Assembly (NCBI RefSeq): GCF_018350175.1
Contig: NC_058368.1
Location: 119,972,001-120,036,000 of the forward strand
Length of the DNA: 64,000 bases
From: Felis catus
Lineage: Eukaryota
Direction of reading: 5' to 3'
Part shown: in pieces, positions 1 to 13,174 of the stretch
Layout: each line of letters starts with the position of its first letter
Numbering within the stretch: position 1 is the first letter of the stretch
Notes under the pieces: model-generated
Databases searched by the model: none
What the model saw: only the letters and a program-made list of their open reading frames with translations
What the model was told of the DNA's origin: nothing
Position numbers and translations under genes: made by a program

Positions 1-403
1 TCCAGCGACACCTATCAGGGTGCCTGCAAGCCCCATCCTTAGAATCACACCTCCGGACAGACATCCAAGTCTCTTGTTAAAATGCAAATGTTACTTGGGG
101 CAACAAATGTATGAATATGTTAGCAGGGATAAATAATGTGTTTGTTTATCAGATTAGCTGTCCTTCAGAGAGCAGATCCCTGGGGGAATAGGAGCTATTT
201 TGCATTTGTATTGCTGTAGAAAAAGACCACCCAAGGGGTTTGGTCTCCATATAGAGTTTAAGAGATACCTATTATCACTTCCTTTGCTCTTTACAAGCTT
301 ACTCTAGGCGTGGCAAGAAGCCAGGGTCAGAGAATTTAGGAACTGCTCCCAGGTCACCAGACGAAGCTAAAAGGGGGCTGAAGTCTGGCTCAAGTCCAGG
401 AGT

Positions 404-464
404 TTTAATTTTTTAATTAATTTATTTATTTTGAGAGAGACAGAGACAGCATGAGTGGGGAAGG

Positions 465-502
<38 letters not shown>

Positions 503-662
503 CAGAGAGATACAGAGAGAACAGAGAGAAAGAGAGAGAATCCCAACCCTGCTCCCCGTCTGTCAGTGCAGAACTCAATGCGGTGCTCGAACTCAAGAAC
601 CGTAAGATCATGACCTGACCTGACATCAAGACTCACTCAACTGACTGAGCCTCCCAGGTGCG
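404..662 (-). mobile_element. CanSINE (carnivore tRNA-derived SINE)
   Basis: Reverse-strand tRNA-like head (...ctgactgagcctcccaggtg), (GA)n tract, TTTATT tail; degenerate target-site duplication (TSD) caagtccaggagttttaa / caaggcctggaattttaa. Confidence 0.93.
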
Positions 663-794
663 GCAAGGCCTGGAATTTTAAATCTAAGTTCGACGCTGGC
701 AGGTTAGTGGCTCCTTTGTAGGAAGGCATGGTGGAACAGCCCTGGTGAACAAAAGCATGGAATTCGGCACTGGACTATGAAGACTGAGGTTTGG

Positions 795-1327
795 TGTGAG
801 AAGTAACGGGGGTGATTCATTTTCAGAATTACCAAATAAAAGCTGTACTGTCTAGCTAACAGTAGGTTTACAACCTATTGGAAATATGTAGGAACCCTCC
901 CCACAACGGAGTCCCAAACGCTTAGACACTTCACTTCCTGGTTCTTCTCCCAGCCCCCCACCTCTCCCCTTCCAGCGCTTACTTTCACGGGCTTTGCAAT
1001 GAGCATGCGCCAAGGAAGAGAGGGAGGAGGGACTGAAAGCCTCTCAGTCACCTCAGGGAATGTGCAGTTGTTCCAATCAGACAGCTTTTTGCCTTATATG
1101 GGCACAGGTGACGTCCTGGTAAGGCTGTAAGCTCTGTAGTACTGGGCCAATGAGGAACCAGGGGAAGGACCTGGGTCCTAGGAATTAAATCGTCTGCTGT
1201 GACTGCCCCGTGTGCGCCTGTCCGTCAGACACCTGCTCTTGCAAGAACGTCGCTTAAAGCCTCGCTTCGCTGTGCTTCGAGTCCCCGCGTCCCTCCTGTG
1301 ACTGGGTCAGTGGGTTTATTTCTCACA
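795..1327 (+). mobile_element. Solo ERV1 LTR, MER34/MER39-like
   Basis: Terminal inverted repeat TGTGAGAAGTAA...TTATTTCTCACA; CCAAT boxes at ~1073 and ~1147; 3' end (ttaaagcctcgcttcgctgtgc...gggtttatttctcaca) resembles MER34/39-group U5. Confidence 0.8.
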
Positions 1328-1681
1328 AATTTGGGATTTAAGGCAAGAAGTTACTTTGCTTTGTTTTAAAGATGGAGGTACGGCACGGATTGATAGTGCA
1401 GAGGGGGATGGGGTGGCTTCTTGTGCCAGAACCTACTGTTTTATTTACTGTCATCTGAACCAAAAGTAATATGCCTTTCGTCTGGGCTCTCAGTCCTTTA
1501 CAAAAGGGACCCTTGCCTTCATGTTCTGTCTCATGAGCTGCGGGTAGGGGCGGGGGTGGTGAAGTCAGGCCATCGGGGAAATCTGCCCTGCCTAGGATCC
1601 CTGCCTGGACTCTACATGACTGTGACTTTTGTATGTATAACAATCTGAAAAGCTAGCATGATGGGCCTGGCACATAGTATA

Positions 1682-2052
1682 TGATGGGGTTTTGGGTGAT
1701 GGGGGTTCGGAGCTGATGGCCAAGAAAGAATTCTTGAGACGTCTTTGGTGCAAAAAAAGGTGATTTTATTAAAGCACAGGGACAGGACCCGTGGGCAGAA
1801 AGAGCTCCCCCAGGACAATGAGGAGAGACTGGTTATATGCTATGGAGTTGGTGGAGGTAAAGTCCAGGAGAAGTTTCCAAAGTCATATGCTAAAGAAGAC
1901 ACAGGATCCTGGAGGCCTAGCCATGTCAAGCTAAGGTTGTTTTTCCCTTGAGCAAAGCATTAGCATTAGGACAGGAGGGGAGGGAATTCCTGGAGAAATG
2001 TTTTGCTCTGCCAGCATCAAGTATTTGTCAATGGGCTGCAGGTTATAAAGAT

Positions 2053-2103
<51 letters not shown>

Positions 2104-2157
2104 TTTTAGGGAATTTAATTTATCTGCCGTTTCCTTCTGCCTTTGTTTCCCACATCA
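1682..2157 (-). mobile_element. Solo carnivore ERV1-type LTR
   Basis: TGATG...CATCA termini; minus-strand AATAAA at 1765-1770; flanks gtata/gtatg (near-perfect TSD); internal (ATTT)n. Confidence 0.82.
2051..2106. repeat. (ATTT)n microsatellite inside LTR
   Basis: About 14 tandem ATTT units. Confidence 0.97.
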
Positions 2158-2249
2158 GTATGTTTGTATGGTTGCGTTGAATTCAGATCGGAAGGGTTTG
2201 AGCCTCATTCAGGCAATTACTAACTGTACACTCTGACTCCCCCTCCCCC

Positions 2250-3540
2250 CACCCCCAACATTTATGAAGCCTGGGGTAAGAATACACAGGGAAGTCAGCA
2301 TGCCATATGTCTACATGTTTAAAGATAATAAATCAAGCTTAAAAGCCGTTAAGTAAAATATATTCTATCATCCTAACTTAATTTCCATAATGACAAAATC
2401 AAAATGTGTAAAGTTTTAGCATTTGTATGACCGGAAGTTCGCAAGATGGAATTTAATTATTTCATACGTCTGGGTGTTTTGTGAATAGGCAAGCAATATT
2501 TGAATGAGTAATGAAGACGTGCGTAACTAATAAGGTATTATACACTCATTTCCTCAAATTTTTTCCTGTTTTATTTCAGCCAAAGCACTAGCAAGGCTGT
2601 TAGAATCAAGATTTTTCCAAATAATTTGGTTTTGGAGTATTTAACTTAAAACGTTAACTTAAAAGGTTAAAAAATACGATTATATCCAAAATGTCCACAA
2701 TTTGATTATATTCTCCTCAAAAAAGTAAATTACAATAAATGTAAATAAAGTCACGAACTATAAAAATATTTTCTACCCGTCATCAGTTAATTTTTCTAAA
2801 TTATGCAAAATCGTGAAAATTAAAAGGGAAAATTCAAATTATTAATAATGCACATCAACGCTGAAAATAGTTTCTTAAATTAAAAAGTTGTAATTTAATT
2901 TTAATTACATTTTGAAAATGTGATTACCTTTTATTAAATAGTTTTATGTTAATTAAACTGTTTATAATTCTACCATTCAGTCATCTAATTGACATGGGAA
3001 AAGTCGCAGCATGCTATGGGAATTTAGGAGTAATGTCAGTTGTTTAATGTGGCAGAATATTCCTCAAACACTGCATTGAGGATACTGCACTAATTCCTAA
3101 GTATCTCTGGAACTATGAATCCAATGAGAAAATGGACTCGCTCTGGGGAAAGTATACTTTGCAGTGTAGGAAGACTGCTTTCATACTATGTGAGGGAAAG
3201 GATTTGACAAGTTAATGAATTTGCCTTTTACCTAACCACTTCTGCTGCTCAAACCCCGCCCTCCCTCTGAAGCAGAGTCAGTTTCCAACACCCGCAGCCG
3301 GCAACCACAGGTGTTCACAGCTTTGGGGTATAATTGCCTTTTCAGAGCATCTAGGGCAAGAAAGGTGGAGAGAGTGGTTTCTTTAGCCTGAACAGTATCA
3401 ATCAGGAGAGGGGGTGTTTAGGGCCACACTGTGCCAGGTCTGAGTGCTGGATTCTGAGCGCCGTGCCCACGGATTCTTACATTTAGGTGGTGTGTGTTTT
3501 TATCACTCAGCGCCCCCTCTGGCCTGGCTGTAAGGCTAGT
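2250..3540. mobile_element. Possible old hAT-Tip100 (Zaphod/MER115-like) DNA transposon remnant
   Basis: Left end (acatttatgaagcctggggtaagaatac) resembles recalled hAT-Tip100 termini; AT-rich interior; boundaries uncertain. Confidence 0.3.
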
Positions 3541-5870
3541 ATTATGTACGTGCATTTGGGCAGGTCGTTTTTCCTGGCATTGGCATTGTTTCTTTCACTT
3601 GAGAAAGGGAAACACTACCTCCTGATCTACTGACCTCATAGTGCTCTTGAGAAAAGTAGACAGTGTGTTCACATGCCTTTTTTTTTAGAGTGTATTTATA
3701 ATTTTGGTAAAAAGCTTGGTATTGAAGGAGCATAAACCTTTGCAGAAACAGGGTTTATTGTTTGTCTGGATTTCTTTTTTGTGTCTACATATTAACAAAG
3801 GGCTCAAAGTGAATAAAGAAGACATTGTGATCAACACCTATGAAATGTCAATCAGCTGGTAGTTTTTATTAAAACAGGCTTTCATGCAAAGCATTCTGAA
3901 GGGTTTTATTCTTTACCTTACTAATATTCTAAAGTACATGAAAAATTATAATATCTTTACAAAGTAGAATGCAGGTGGCATTTATCCCATAAAGTCAAGC
4001 CATACATGTCCATTTGCCCATGAGAACAATATTATCAGTTCCATCTCTCAAAGGGACAGTTCACTGAAATCTTGCCTCTGCTCATTTTTGCATCTTGCTC
4101 AATTTTTTCTAATATGAGAAAATTTTGGGAAGACATTTAGTGCCTATCCTTGGGTAGAATCTTTTGCATGTAGTGTTTCATTAAACCCTCCTAATCACCA
4201 GATTCTATTGCCATGATCCCCAAGTTCTAAATGAGTGCAGTGTATTGTCCCCTCTAGAGCTGGAGGAAGATGTCCATCTGGGTTTCAGGATTCAGTCTGC
4301 TCTTGAACACTTATCTGTTTGGATTAGAAATAGAGTCCTGATAGCTCTGGGAATGGGAACCAGTCAGAGAAAGTCTGACTCAGAAAGCTGAGCTAGGAGC
4401 ATTCTAGGTTGACAACACAGGTTCCCAGTCATGCTGGGATATATGGAGTACTGATTTCGAGCGCCCCGGTCCAGGACACTATATAACTTTGATGTGAATG
4501 AAAACATCAGCGTGCTGTTTTGGGCACAGCTGTGTAATCAAAACCACACAGCCTAGATGGATTTCAGCTAACCGGCTCAACAAAAACTTACAGCTGGACT
4601 GGGATGGAATGGAGCCGTCTGCCGTTGTGCACGCGGACCAGCCTCAGTCACGTTCCCTGGCTGCCACGGGAACAGATACCCTATTTTGTAAAGAGGCACG
4701 GAGTGGTGGCACATAAATAGCTCAGCTGTTTAACATTTGCAGACATTCACGGTAATATATCTGCTGTCAATACGCGGCACACACATTAGGGGGGATGGCG
4801 ACAGTATTGCTGACACACTATTGATTCATGGCAGAGGCTGTTTATCTGTGACAAGAAAACATCAGTTGATATTGACGAATCATCTGAAAATACTCACCTA
4901 CTTGCACTCCATCAAGTTGAGTGAAATATGCAGTAAACTGACTGCGTGGAGTCCAAATGGATCCAGAGGGAGAGAGTATCCATAAGATACTCGATATTCT
5001 TTCTAAATATACAGTCCAGGTTTAGTGATGATCAAGGAATAGTTTTCTCCCTGTAAGGCCAAAGACTGAAAACCAATTACGTTAATAACGGGAAAGAACT
5101 ATGAACGAATTTGGAGCAGGGCTTGGGTATGTAATTCTGCCCTGTTATATTGCCCTAAAAAATGAGTTTGAGAAGCTGCCTAATGTGCAGTGCTGGGTGG
5201 GTGAAAGAGTCGCCCTTCTTAGGGAGATGAAAGTGTGCTCTTATTTTTAAAAAGCCATGATTAAGATGGATGATTTCTAATTAAACCTATATTTTATGAG
5301 CATATTACAGAATTCCTCACCTTTCTTGTGGAGGCGGGAAGTCAACAATGATTTTGAAATTGTGGTGCACATTCTGTCAAGCTAGGGGGTTCCATATAAA
5401 TTACCTGGGGTGGGGGGGAAAGATTGCCATTGGTCTAAAAATGCTGTTTGAAAAAATGTATTCACTTGTCCACCCAAGATTGATAAGCAAGAGACAAGTC
5501 CCTGACCTCATGGAACTTATATCCTAGTTCGGGAGGGAGACAAAAAGAGGAAATATAAAATAAGTAAATACAAAAATAAGTAACATTAACTTGTAATAAG
5601 TAACATGTCAGAGTTAGGATATTTTGAAATGGATTTCTGCTAACATCAAGAGAGTCCTGCATGGTAACAGTGTACTGTGTTGGGCATATCTGGATATTTC
5701 CCAAGTCTTCCATTGGCATACACCCAGGGTGAGGTGAGGAGGGTTAGGGAGGAGAGCTTGAATTTATTTGGTAACTAGTATGAGTAAGCACTGTACTAGG
5801 CATGCTTATGTATAGTAAGGATTGTGAGTATCAGCTTGGTGGGAAGAATTCCAGATTTGAAGCCAGATCA

Positions 5871-6097
5871 TCTTTATTATTAAAAAAATATATATTGTTT
5901 ATTCTGAGAGAGAGCCTGAGCGAGTGGGGGAGGGACAGAGAGAGAGGGAGACAGAGAATCCAAAGCAGGCTCCAGGCTCTGAGCTGTCAGCATAGAGCCC
6001 AATGTAGAGCTCAGACTCACAACTCACAAGCTGGGAGATCATGACCTGAGCCGACGTCTAAGTTGGACGCTCAACTGACTGAGCCACCCAGGCACCC
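5871..6097 (-). mobile_element. CanSINE
   Basis: Typical body (gagctgtcagcatagagcc...gagccacccaggcaccc) on the reverse strand. Confidence 0.93.
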
Positions 6098-6209
6098 ACA
6101 CGATGTATTTCAGTAACTATTCCTGCTTCCATCACTAGCTCTGCTGCATCGTGGCCTCCACCGTGGCCACCTCTAGCACCTATGTCTACAGGCATCTTAC
6201 CCCTGTTAA

Positions 6210-6420
6210 GCCCTCACAATGTACCAGGCACAATGCTAAGCCTAGTGGACTAGATTGTCTCACCTGATTCTCACAATAGCCCCACGTGATGATGTTAGAA
6301 CCTCTCATTTTATAGGTGAGAATTGGAGGCATGCTCTAGGTTAAGAGATTAATTCAGCTTCAAGCAGTTGGTAAGGTGTGGGATTGGGCTCGAAACTCAG
6401 GCAGCCTAGCTCCCCCAAAT
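6210..6420 (-). mobile_element. MIR fragment
   Basis: MIR core motifs (ctcattttataggtgag..., gtaaggtgtgggattggg...ctcaggcagcct). Confidence 0.55.
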
Positions 6421-7485
6421 TCCTCCCCTAAGCTGTGTACACAATGCAAAACTAAAATGAGCTTTTTAAGGCATTCTTTAGTCCTGAGTTGTTAAAGCAG
6501 CTACAGGAGCAGCAAGCAGTCAGTTACTGTGATCATCACTAGCCTGGAATCAGCTAGACCACCTGACTGCAGGCTTGGCAGTGTCCCAGGCTGCTCTTTC
6601 CCTTCAGGGTACAGCTCAGGCCCAGGGAGAATCTGGCTCAACAGGTGCTAATTGATAGTGTTACAATAAGGAAAAGACAGAAGGAAGATCTGTCGTTAAG
6701 GCAAAGACTTGGAAGTAATATGTTCTATTAAAAAGCTTTCTCATGAGTTATTAATAATAGTCAAGAACTGGTATTTCCTTATTTGATCGGGTCCCCTGTT
6801 AAGGATAGATTGAGTTCACACATTTGCCAATTTACTGAAAATAACTTGAAGTGTCATTAAGTGAATTTCCATGGAGTCCAATTTCAATCTGCCCTCTCTC
6901 TTTGTTTATAGCCACTGTTTTCTGGGGTACTGCAGGGGACTTTCTTTCTCTCCAACAGATCTAATAGAAGCAGGAAGATATTTTGCAGAATTTATAGGAA
7001 TCCTTTTCCCTAGCTTGTCTCAATGTACTTAGCTCAGTTGCCTATTATGTTTTATGGTTATTTTGTGTATGATGTTAGTGGTGTGGCTGTATGTCTTAGG
7101 AATCAATTCCTTTTTCAGTGATAAGCCTGTAAGTTCTTTGGGGGCTGTCTCTGAGGTGGGACTATTTTATAGGTGAAAAAATGTTACCTTATAATAAGTC
7201 CCTTCTGGAATTTTGACAATAAAATTGCCCTGGGTAAGAACTAAGACCTAGGTCATGTGAAATTCCAGGTTAGACTGGGATCTCCTTTAATGGGACATTG
7301 TTGTATTGGGGATGGATGTGCTGGGAAATAAAGTAAGTGGAGTGGCCTATAAATTATTACTCATTGCAACTAAGAACAGTGTTTGTTTCCAGTTACGTCA
7401 TTTATACCTTTTAAGCCAACTGGCTTCTGCTTGGTTTCTGGTTAATGATAGTCACAAAATGATATAATATGTTTTGCCTACTTTT

Positions 7486-7685
7486 TTTTTTTAATGTTTA
7501 TTTATTTCTGAGACACAGAGAGACAGAGCATGAGCAGGGGAGGGGCAGAGAGAGACGGAGACACAGAATCAGAAGCAGGCTCCAGGCTGAGCTGTCAGCT
7601 GATGCAGGGCTCAAACTCACAAACCATGAGATCATGACCTGAGCCGAAGTTGGTCGTCCAACCGACTGAGCCACCCAGGCGCCCC
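7486..7685 (-). mobile_element. CanSINE
   Basis: Full body; TSD tgttttgcctactttt at 7470-7485 and 7686-7701. Confidence 0.96.
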
Positions 7686-8066
7686 TGTTTTGCCTACTTT
7701 TAATTAAATGTTGATTTCCAGAAATAATGAAATAGTTCAGTGTAGTAGATTTTCCAAATTGGAATTAAGTCACTGAGTTTCCCAGGGTGCCCAATCCACA
7801 CGATTCTTAGACGCTGGGGAGGTCAGTGTTTGGTGGGCATATTTTCTCCTTTTACACAAAATGAAGTAAAGACAGGGTAACTTGTAAAAAAATCTTACAT
7901 ATAGTAAGTGGTGGTCCTAGGATTTGAATAAAGATTTTTCAGACTCCAAAGTTTAAATTTTTTAAATTTTTTACCCTCATGATATTCTGATTTCCTATGA
8001 TCCAAATAAAGAATTGAGATGTTTCTAATGTTCTGTTTATGTATATGTGGCATTGTAGTTTTTGCA

Positions 8067-8167
8067 GGCTCACTTGGAAGAGCATGTGACTCTTGATCTC
8101 CTGGTCATATGTTCGAGCCCCATGTTGGGTGTAGGTATTACATAAATAAATAAATGAGCTTACAAAA
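8067..8167 (+). mobile_element. Short old-type CanSINE (no CT tract), 5' eroded
   Basis: gagcatgtgactcttgatctc...gagccccatgttgggtgtag followed by an A-rich tail. Confidence 0.85.
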
Positions 8168-8181
8168 AAGAAATGTACTTT

Positions 8182-8421
8182 AAAAATATTGTAAGTTTAT
8201 TTATTTATTTTGAGAGAGAGACAGAGAGACAGGAAGAGAAAGAGAGAGAGAATCAATGAGCAGGGAGAGGTAGAGGGAGAGGGAGGGAGGGAGAATCCCA
8301 AGCAGGCCCATACTGGCAGCGCAGAACCTGATGTGGGGCTGGAACTCAGGAACTGCGAGGTCATGACCTGAGCTGAAGTCAAGAGTCAGATGCTTAACCG
8401 ACTGAGCCACCCAGGTGCCCC
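8182..8421 (-). mobile_element. CanSINE
   Basis: TSD aagaaatgtacttt at 8168-8181 and 8422-8435. Confidence 0.96.
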
Positions 8422-8504
8422 AAGAAATGTACTTTTTGAACCTTAAATGTCTCCCTGTTTCCCAGATGTTACAAGCTTCTATTTAAAATCCCATTCATTT
8501 ACTA

Positions 8505-8726
8505 GGGGCGCCTGGGTGGCTCAGTCGGTTGAGCGTCCGACTTCGCTCAGGTCACGATCTCGCGATCCATGAGTTCGAGCCCCGCGTTGGGCTCTGTGCC
8601 GACAGCTCAGAGCCTGGAGCCTGCTTCAGATTCTGTGTCTCCCTCTCTCTCTGGCCCTCCCCCCATTCATGCTCTGTCTCTCTCTGTCTCAAAGGTGAAT
8701 AAATGTTAAAAAAAAAAATTAAAAAG
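8505..8726 (+). mobile_element. CanSINE (felid type)
   Basis: ggggcgcctgggtggctcagtcggtt head; TSD aaaatcccattcatttac at 8485-8502 and 8727-8744. Confidence 0.97.
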
Positions 8727-10128
8727 AAAATCCCATTCATTTACCAAATATTTATAAAACATTTACCCTATATCTGAGGATACAAAGATAAGACCTGGGA
8801 AGTTGCAATCACGAATCTCCTAGTTCCCCGATCTATGTCCTGTTACAAGTTCTGTCTGTCAAAGTTTTCGTCATTATATTCTCAACAAAATGCTGCAGTG
8901 TTTATTGTTTTTTATTTCACTGTTGATATATGAGTAATAGCCTCTTTTATGTTTTACCTTTATAAGTCCCAGATCAGATATTTAAATGATAGAAAATATT
9001 GCTTCACCACCATGAAGTTAAATGATCTTCTTTTTCTCCACATTTTATTTTATAATAGTTCCATCCTAAATCTTCATGAGAATTTTATTATTTGTCTGAG
9101 GGAATATTTGCATAGTTATTAGCATATAATCTAATATAATACTTGTCATGATTTTCACTGGAGCAGCTAATCTAAATGGAATGGTTAACCGAAGTGGACT
9201 GCACTACACAATTAAGGAAGAGCATTCTGAAAAGCGGAGAAAACAAGATATCGTTTGCACAGATCATTCCTCAATATGCTCATTATTGTCGAGCTCATGT
9301 GTTCAGGCTTGCATCTTTGTATCTAAATATCCTTCGGTAGAGACTTCTTAAGCTAAAGAGCTATCTTTTTCTCAGTAGTTTTGAATGTTGGAATCACCAA
9401 TATAGCATAGGATATTAATTGAAGCTGACAGCAGCTTGAAGATTTTAAATTTCAAATGATATACCTTGGCTGATGCTTGAGTCTTTGAGGAACCAAACTA
9501 ATCAGAGAGCCCTCCTAGATACATAGGGGAGAAATACAGAAAGGGTATAGAATTTGTGGCCAAAGACGCTAGATCTGAGGTCAATTGCTAGTGCTGAGCT
9601 CTGGTGTCCTGACAGTCGGCTACTAAATGTCTCTGAGCTTCTATTCTAGTTTTCTCACTTGTAAAACAGAGACAATAACAATGCAATACCTGGCTTCTGG
9701 GTTGGTTACATCTTTGTTGGGAGGAGGTTCTGGAAAATATTCTTATAGCTGTTTTGTAAAGTTGGGCACATCTCCACTTTTCCTGATTTTCAAATGCTCT
9801 AACTGGATCCAACTCTAATTTCCAGCAGCTAGCTTTGCACCTATCTGGAACCTCCACAGATGGTAGCTGTTGTTATGATTAAAGACATAAAAGTTCCAAT
9901 GCAGGACATTAAAGCCTAGAACACCAAGCTTTCCATAATTGTTCTTGCACAGGTTGGCTTTATGTTACACATGCAAAAATTCTCTCTGCATTCGTTTTCT
10001 GCTGGGATTATTCTATGTATATCTGGCCAGGCAGTCTTCACAAAAAGAACTCAGTCCCTAGGAAGATGAGTGAGAATACAATCACTTCTGAAATCAAAAT
10101 ATTTCCAGGTACAAACAAGTGTTTTATT

Positions 10129-10321
10129 TTTTTAAAAATGTTTATTTATTTTTGAGAGAGTGCAAGCAGGTGAGGGGCAGAGAGAGAGGGGGACAGAGGA
10201 TCTGAAGCAGGCTCTGTGCTGACAGCAGTGAGCCCGATGCGGGGCTCAAACTCACATTCCATGAGATCATGACCTGACCCAAGGTCCAGTGCTAAATCAA
10301 CTGAGCCACCCAGGCGCCCCC
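10129..10321 (-). mobile_element. CanSINE
   Basis: TSD aaacaagtgttttatt on both sides. Confidence 0.95.
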
Positions 10322-11159
10322 TAAACAAGTGTTTTATTGAACTCTATCTGGTACGATATCCTCAATGCTTTCTCTTAGTTTTCATGTTTCTTCCAATAAC
10401 ACCTTTGCCTGACTCAAGAGCCAGATAGATAGTTTGCTATCTTTGCCTTTCTAAAAAAAATAATGTTTATGACTTTGATATTTTTAGAGAGAAAGAAAAT
10501 TACCAAAAATGTGTGCTGAAGAAAACAATTGCCAGGCAAGGCATGTTCCTAGAACACAGGAGAACTTGACTCAAAGATAGGGGAGTCAGGACCCAGGAAA
10601 GGGGCTTTGACTTTAGGAACTGCATTGTCACCAGAAAAATTGGCTTCAGAAATCCTGGAAATGGTTGTGAATGGGAGAGAATGCAGGTCTTGTGCAGATG
10701 ATGAGTAAGTCTTCTTGTGTTTCCTTTGCCTACCAGTACCCACCGAGCTCCAGCAGTCTCAGGAACTTCTGTGGTGCACAGTCACATATTCTGTGCATAA
10801 GAGCATTAGGTACTGTAACTGCAGGCATAAGACCTTCATGAATGCTTTGGGTAAAAGAAACTTGATTTATAGGAACAGGATCATATATGCTAGCCTCTCT
10901 ATGGACATGGCATTTCAACTCCTATCATTTCAGTAATGTTTAATCATAAGAAGCAGATCATCCATAGTGACTCACTTGTATATGTTACATCCTTATTTAT
11001 CAATATATTTTGCTCTTACCCTTTGGTTTATAGAGAATGTTAGTGAGCTTTGTGTAAAACTAGATCTTCATGGGAGAAATCTGCTATACATACTTTCCCC
11101 TTTTTTTTTCTTCTTAGTAAAATAATTCTAACAAGTAAGTCCTAACATTACCTTAGGTA

Positions 11160-11950
11160 GCGGTATGGCACCTAACAGTGGATGGTTCTGGAGCCCAGCC
11201 ATAAGGCTCTATCAGAATCCAGGCTCCACCACTTGTTAATTTTGAGTATCAGTTAATGCTTAACTTATAGACATGGAACCACTGTAAGTATCAGAGAACA
11301 GAAAGTATACCTTAGCCATTGGGTGAATCAGGGGAACAAAGGGTCCAAAAGGGACCAGAGAAAAGTGACTGGCACAGGTGAACCAGTGTGGGGCATGTGA
11401 GTAAGGTGAAGCCTGCAGGAAGCTAGGCATGTCCAGCTGCTAATGGGCAGAGAAGAGTGTGAACGGGCTGGTATAGAAGTCTGTGAAAGACTGTTGACTC
11501 TGTAGGCATTGCTTTTGTGAGATTTCAGTGAGGTATCCGGGTGTAGTCTTGGAGTTTCTGCAGAAACTCAGTCAGGAGGAAGACATGGACTCAGACTGGA
11601 GAAAAGTAAGGACTAACAGTAACCTCTCTCAAACCACTAAAATGGCTGCTGATTCACTCTGTTGCCAAGATTATAGCTAATGTTCCTTGTGGTCAACCCT
11701 AACCTGAAGTCACATGTGGAAGGGGATTGTGGGGTTTGTAGTTCCAGGATAGCTAAGTCAATGCAGCACAAAAACATTATTCTGTGTGATTTTAGGTAAA
11801 TTTCTTAAACTTTCTGAGCATTTTTTTCTTATCTATACAGGAATCATAATAATAATACTTACTCTGCAGCATTATTTTAGGATTAAATGATGTGCTTTAT
11901 GTAAAGCATCTGGTACAGTGCTTAGCATGTGCTAAGAGCTCAAAAAATTA
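11160..11950 (+). mobile_element. MIR, split by an LTR insertion (halves ~11160-11240 and ~11780-11950)
   Basis: gaatccaggctccaccactt... resumes as tgtgtgattttaggtaaatttcttaaactttctgag...ggattaaatga...tgtaaagca. Confidence 0.7.
11241..11780 (-). mobile_element. Old ERVL LTR (LTR41-like)
   Basis: Right end (tgtagttccaggatagctaagtcaatgcagcacaaaa) matches the reverse complement of the recalled LTR41 5' end. Confidence 0.55.
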
Positions 11951-12045
11951 GTTCTTTATGTTTTTACATCTATATTCTCTTGTTAGGTGCTGCATATACC
12001 CTCCCATGACTGCTCCATCAATCTATGTTTACCTTTGCACTTGGG

Positions 12046-12093
12046 ATTCTTTCTTTCTTTCTTTCTTTCTTTTTTTCTTTCTTTCTTTCTTTC
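12046..12093. repeat. (TTTC)n microsatellite
   Basis: Visible tandem units. Confidence 0.92.
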
Positions 12094-13174
12094 TGATTGT
12101 GTCAACTTTTACTAAGCAAACATTCAGGGACAGGATGTTCTGCTCTCTGAGGCTGTTCTAGAGAGGGCTGGTTCTGGATTCAGAAAGAGATTATTCACAT
12201 GAAAAAGATAATTCTCTACTCTTCAGTATAGTGGCTCCTAGAGGATGAGACTTGTTCACTAACCGGCAGCTGTCTTTACCTGGGAAGAACCATATTCTGA
12301 TCTGTGCTTTGAATAAAAGCAAAACTCTTTGAATGATCCAATCTGCTCAATGCATCACACTGTCATGGCCAGGCAATACAAGATCACTCATTTCTTGCTT
12401 TTCTGGAATATGTTCATGGTGCTAATGATCTTTTTTCCCTGCTTTGTCCAGTCTGGGGAGGATGTTAGTTCACTGCTGTTTGTAGCTGATCCTAATTTTA
12501 ATTAGGATTTGGGTAGGACTTTAATTGATTTGGGTAGACCAGGAGGCCCAGCTCACCAGGGATGGATGACACCTAAGTTCGTTTCAGACGCTCTTCCTTT
12601 AATAGGTGGACTTTACTGTCACCCCATAAAGATAAATCTACTGCTAGCACTAACCTTTCCACAGGTCAGAACACTGAGACAGGTGGTGACCCTCAATGGC
12701 CTGGACCTCCCCATGCAGTAGTCCTGTGGTTGTCCTACCCAGGCTGGGTTGTCATAGACACTTACAGTGGTAGACATCTGAATGGGCAGCAAAACTTTAT
12801 TGGTAAAAATTAGTTTCAGCTGTGGAAATTGAAAAACTTGAATCTAGGGACCCAGGAGCAGCAGTGGAATAAAAGTAGGAAGGAGTCAGGGGCTATTCAT
12901 CAGACCCAGTGTTCTTGTATTTGCCAGAAAAGATGTGGTGTGTAGTTGTACCACGGGCCAGGGAAGTCTAGAATTGGCCTTCACATTAATTCTACTCCTA
13001 GTTTTCAATTACATACCACAGCCAGAAGAGACAGATGAAGGCCTCTTTTAAGATTTATCTAGCAGTTCATCTTCCCTTAGACTTCTTCTTGACCATCATA
13101 TCTTGGCCTATTTCCAGTCTCCATTACTTTCCCCACCTCTCCAATCTGAGTTGATAGAATTCTAGCTTACCTTG

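Noticed and set aside
8505..8590. tRNA-like A/B-box sequences here and in many other places
   Set aside because: They are heads of tRNA-derived CanSINEs, not tRNA genes.
10553..10704. Possible + strand coding exon (open 50-codon frame ending at a GTAAGT donor)
   Set aside because: Weak acceptor, unrecognised peptide, no partner exons; such frames occur by chance.
12470..12790. GC-richer LTR-like stretch with a short gatttgggtag duplication
   Set aside because: I could not define termini, TSD or family.
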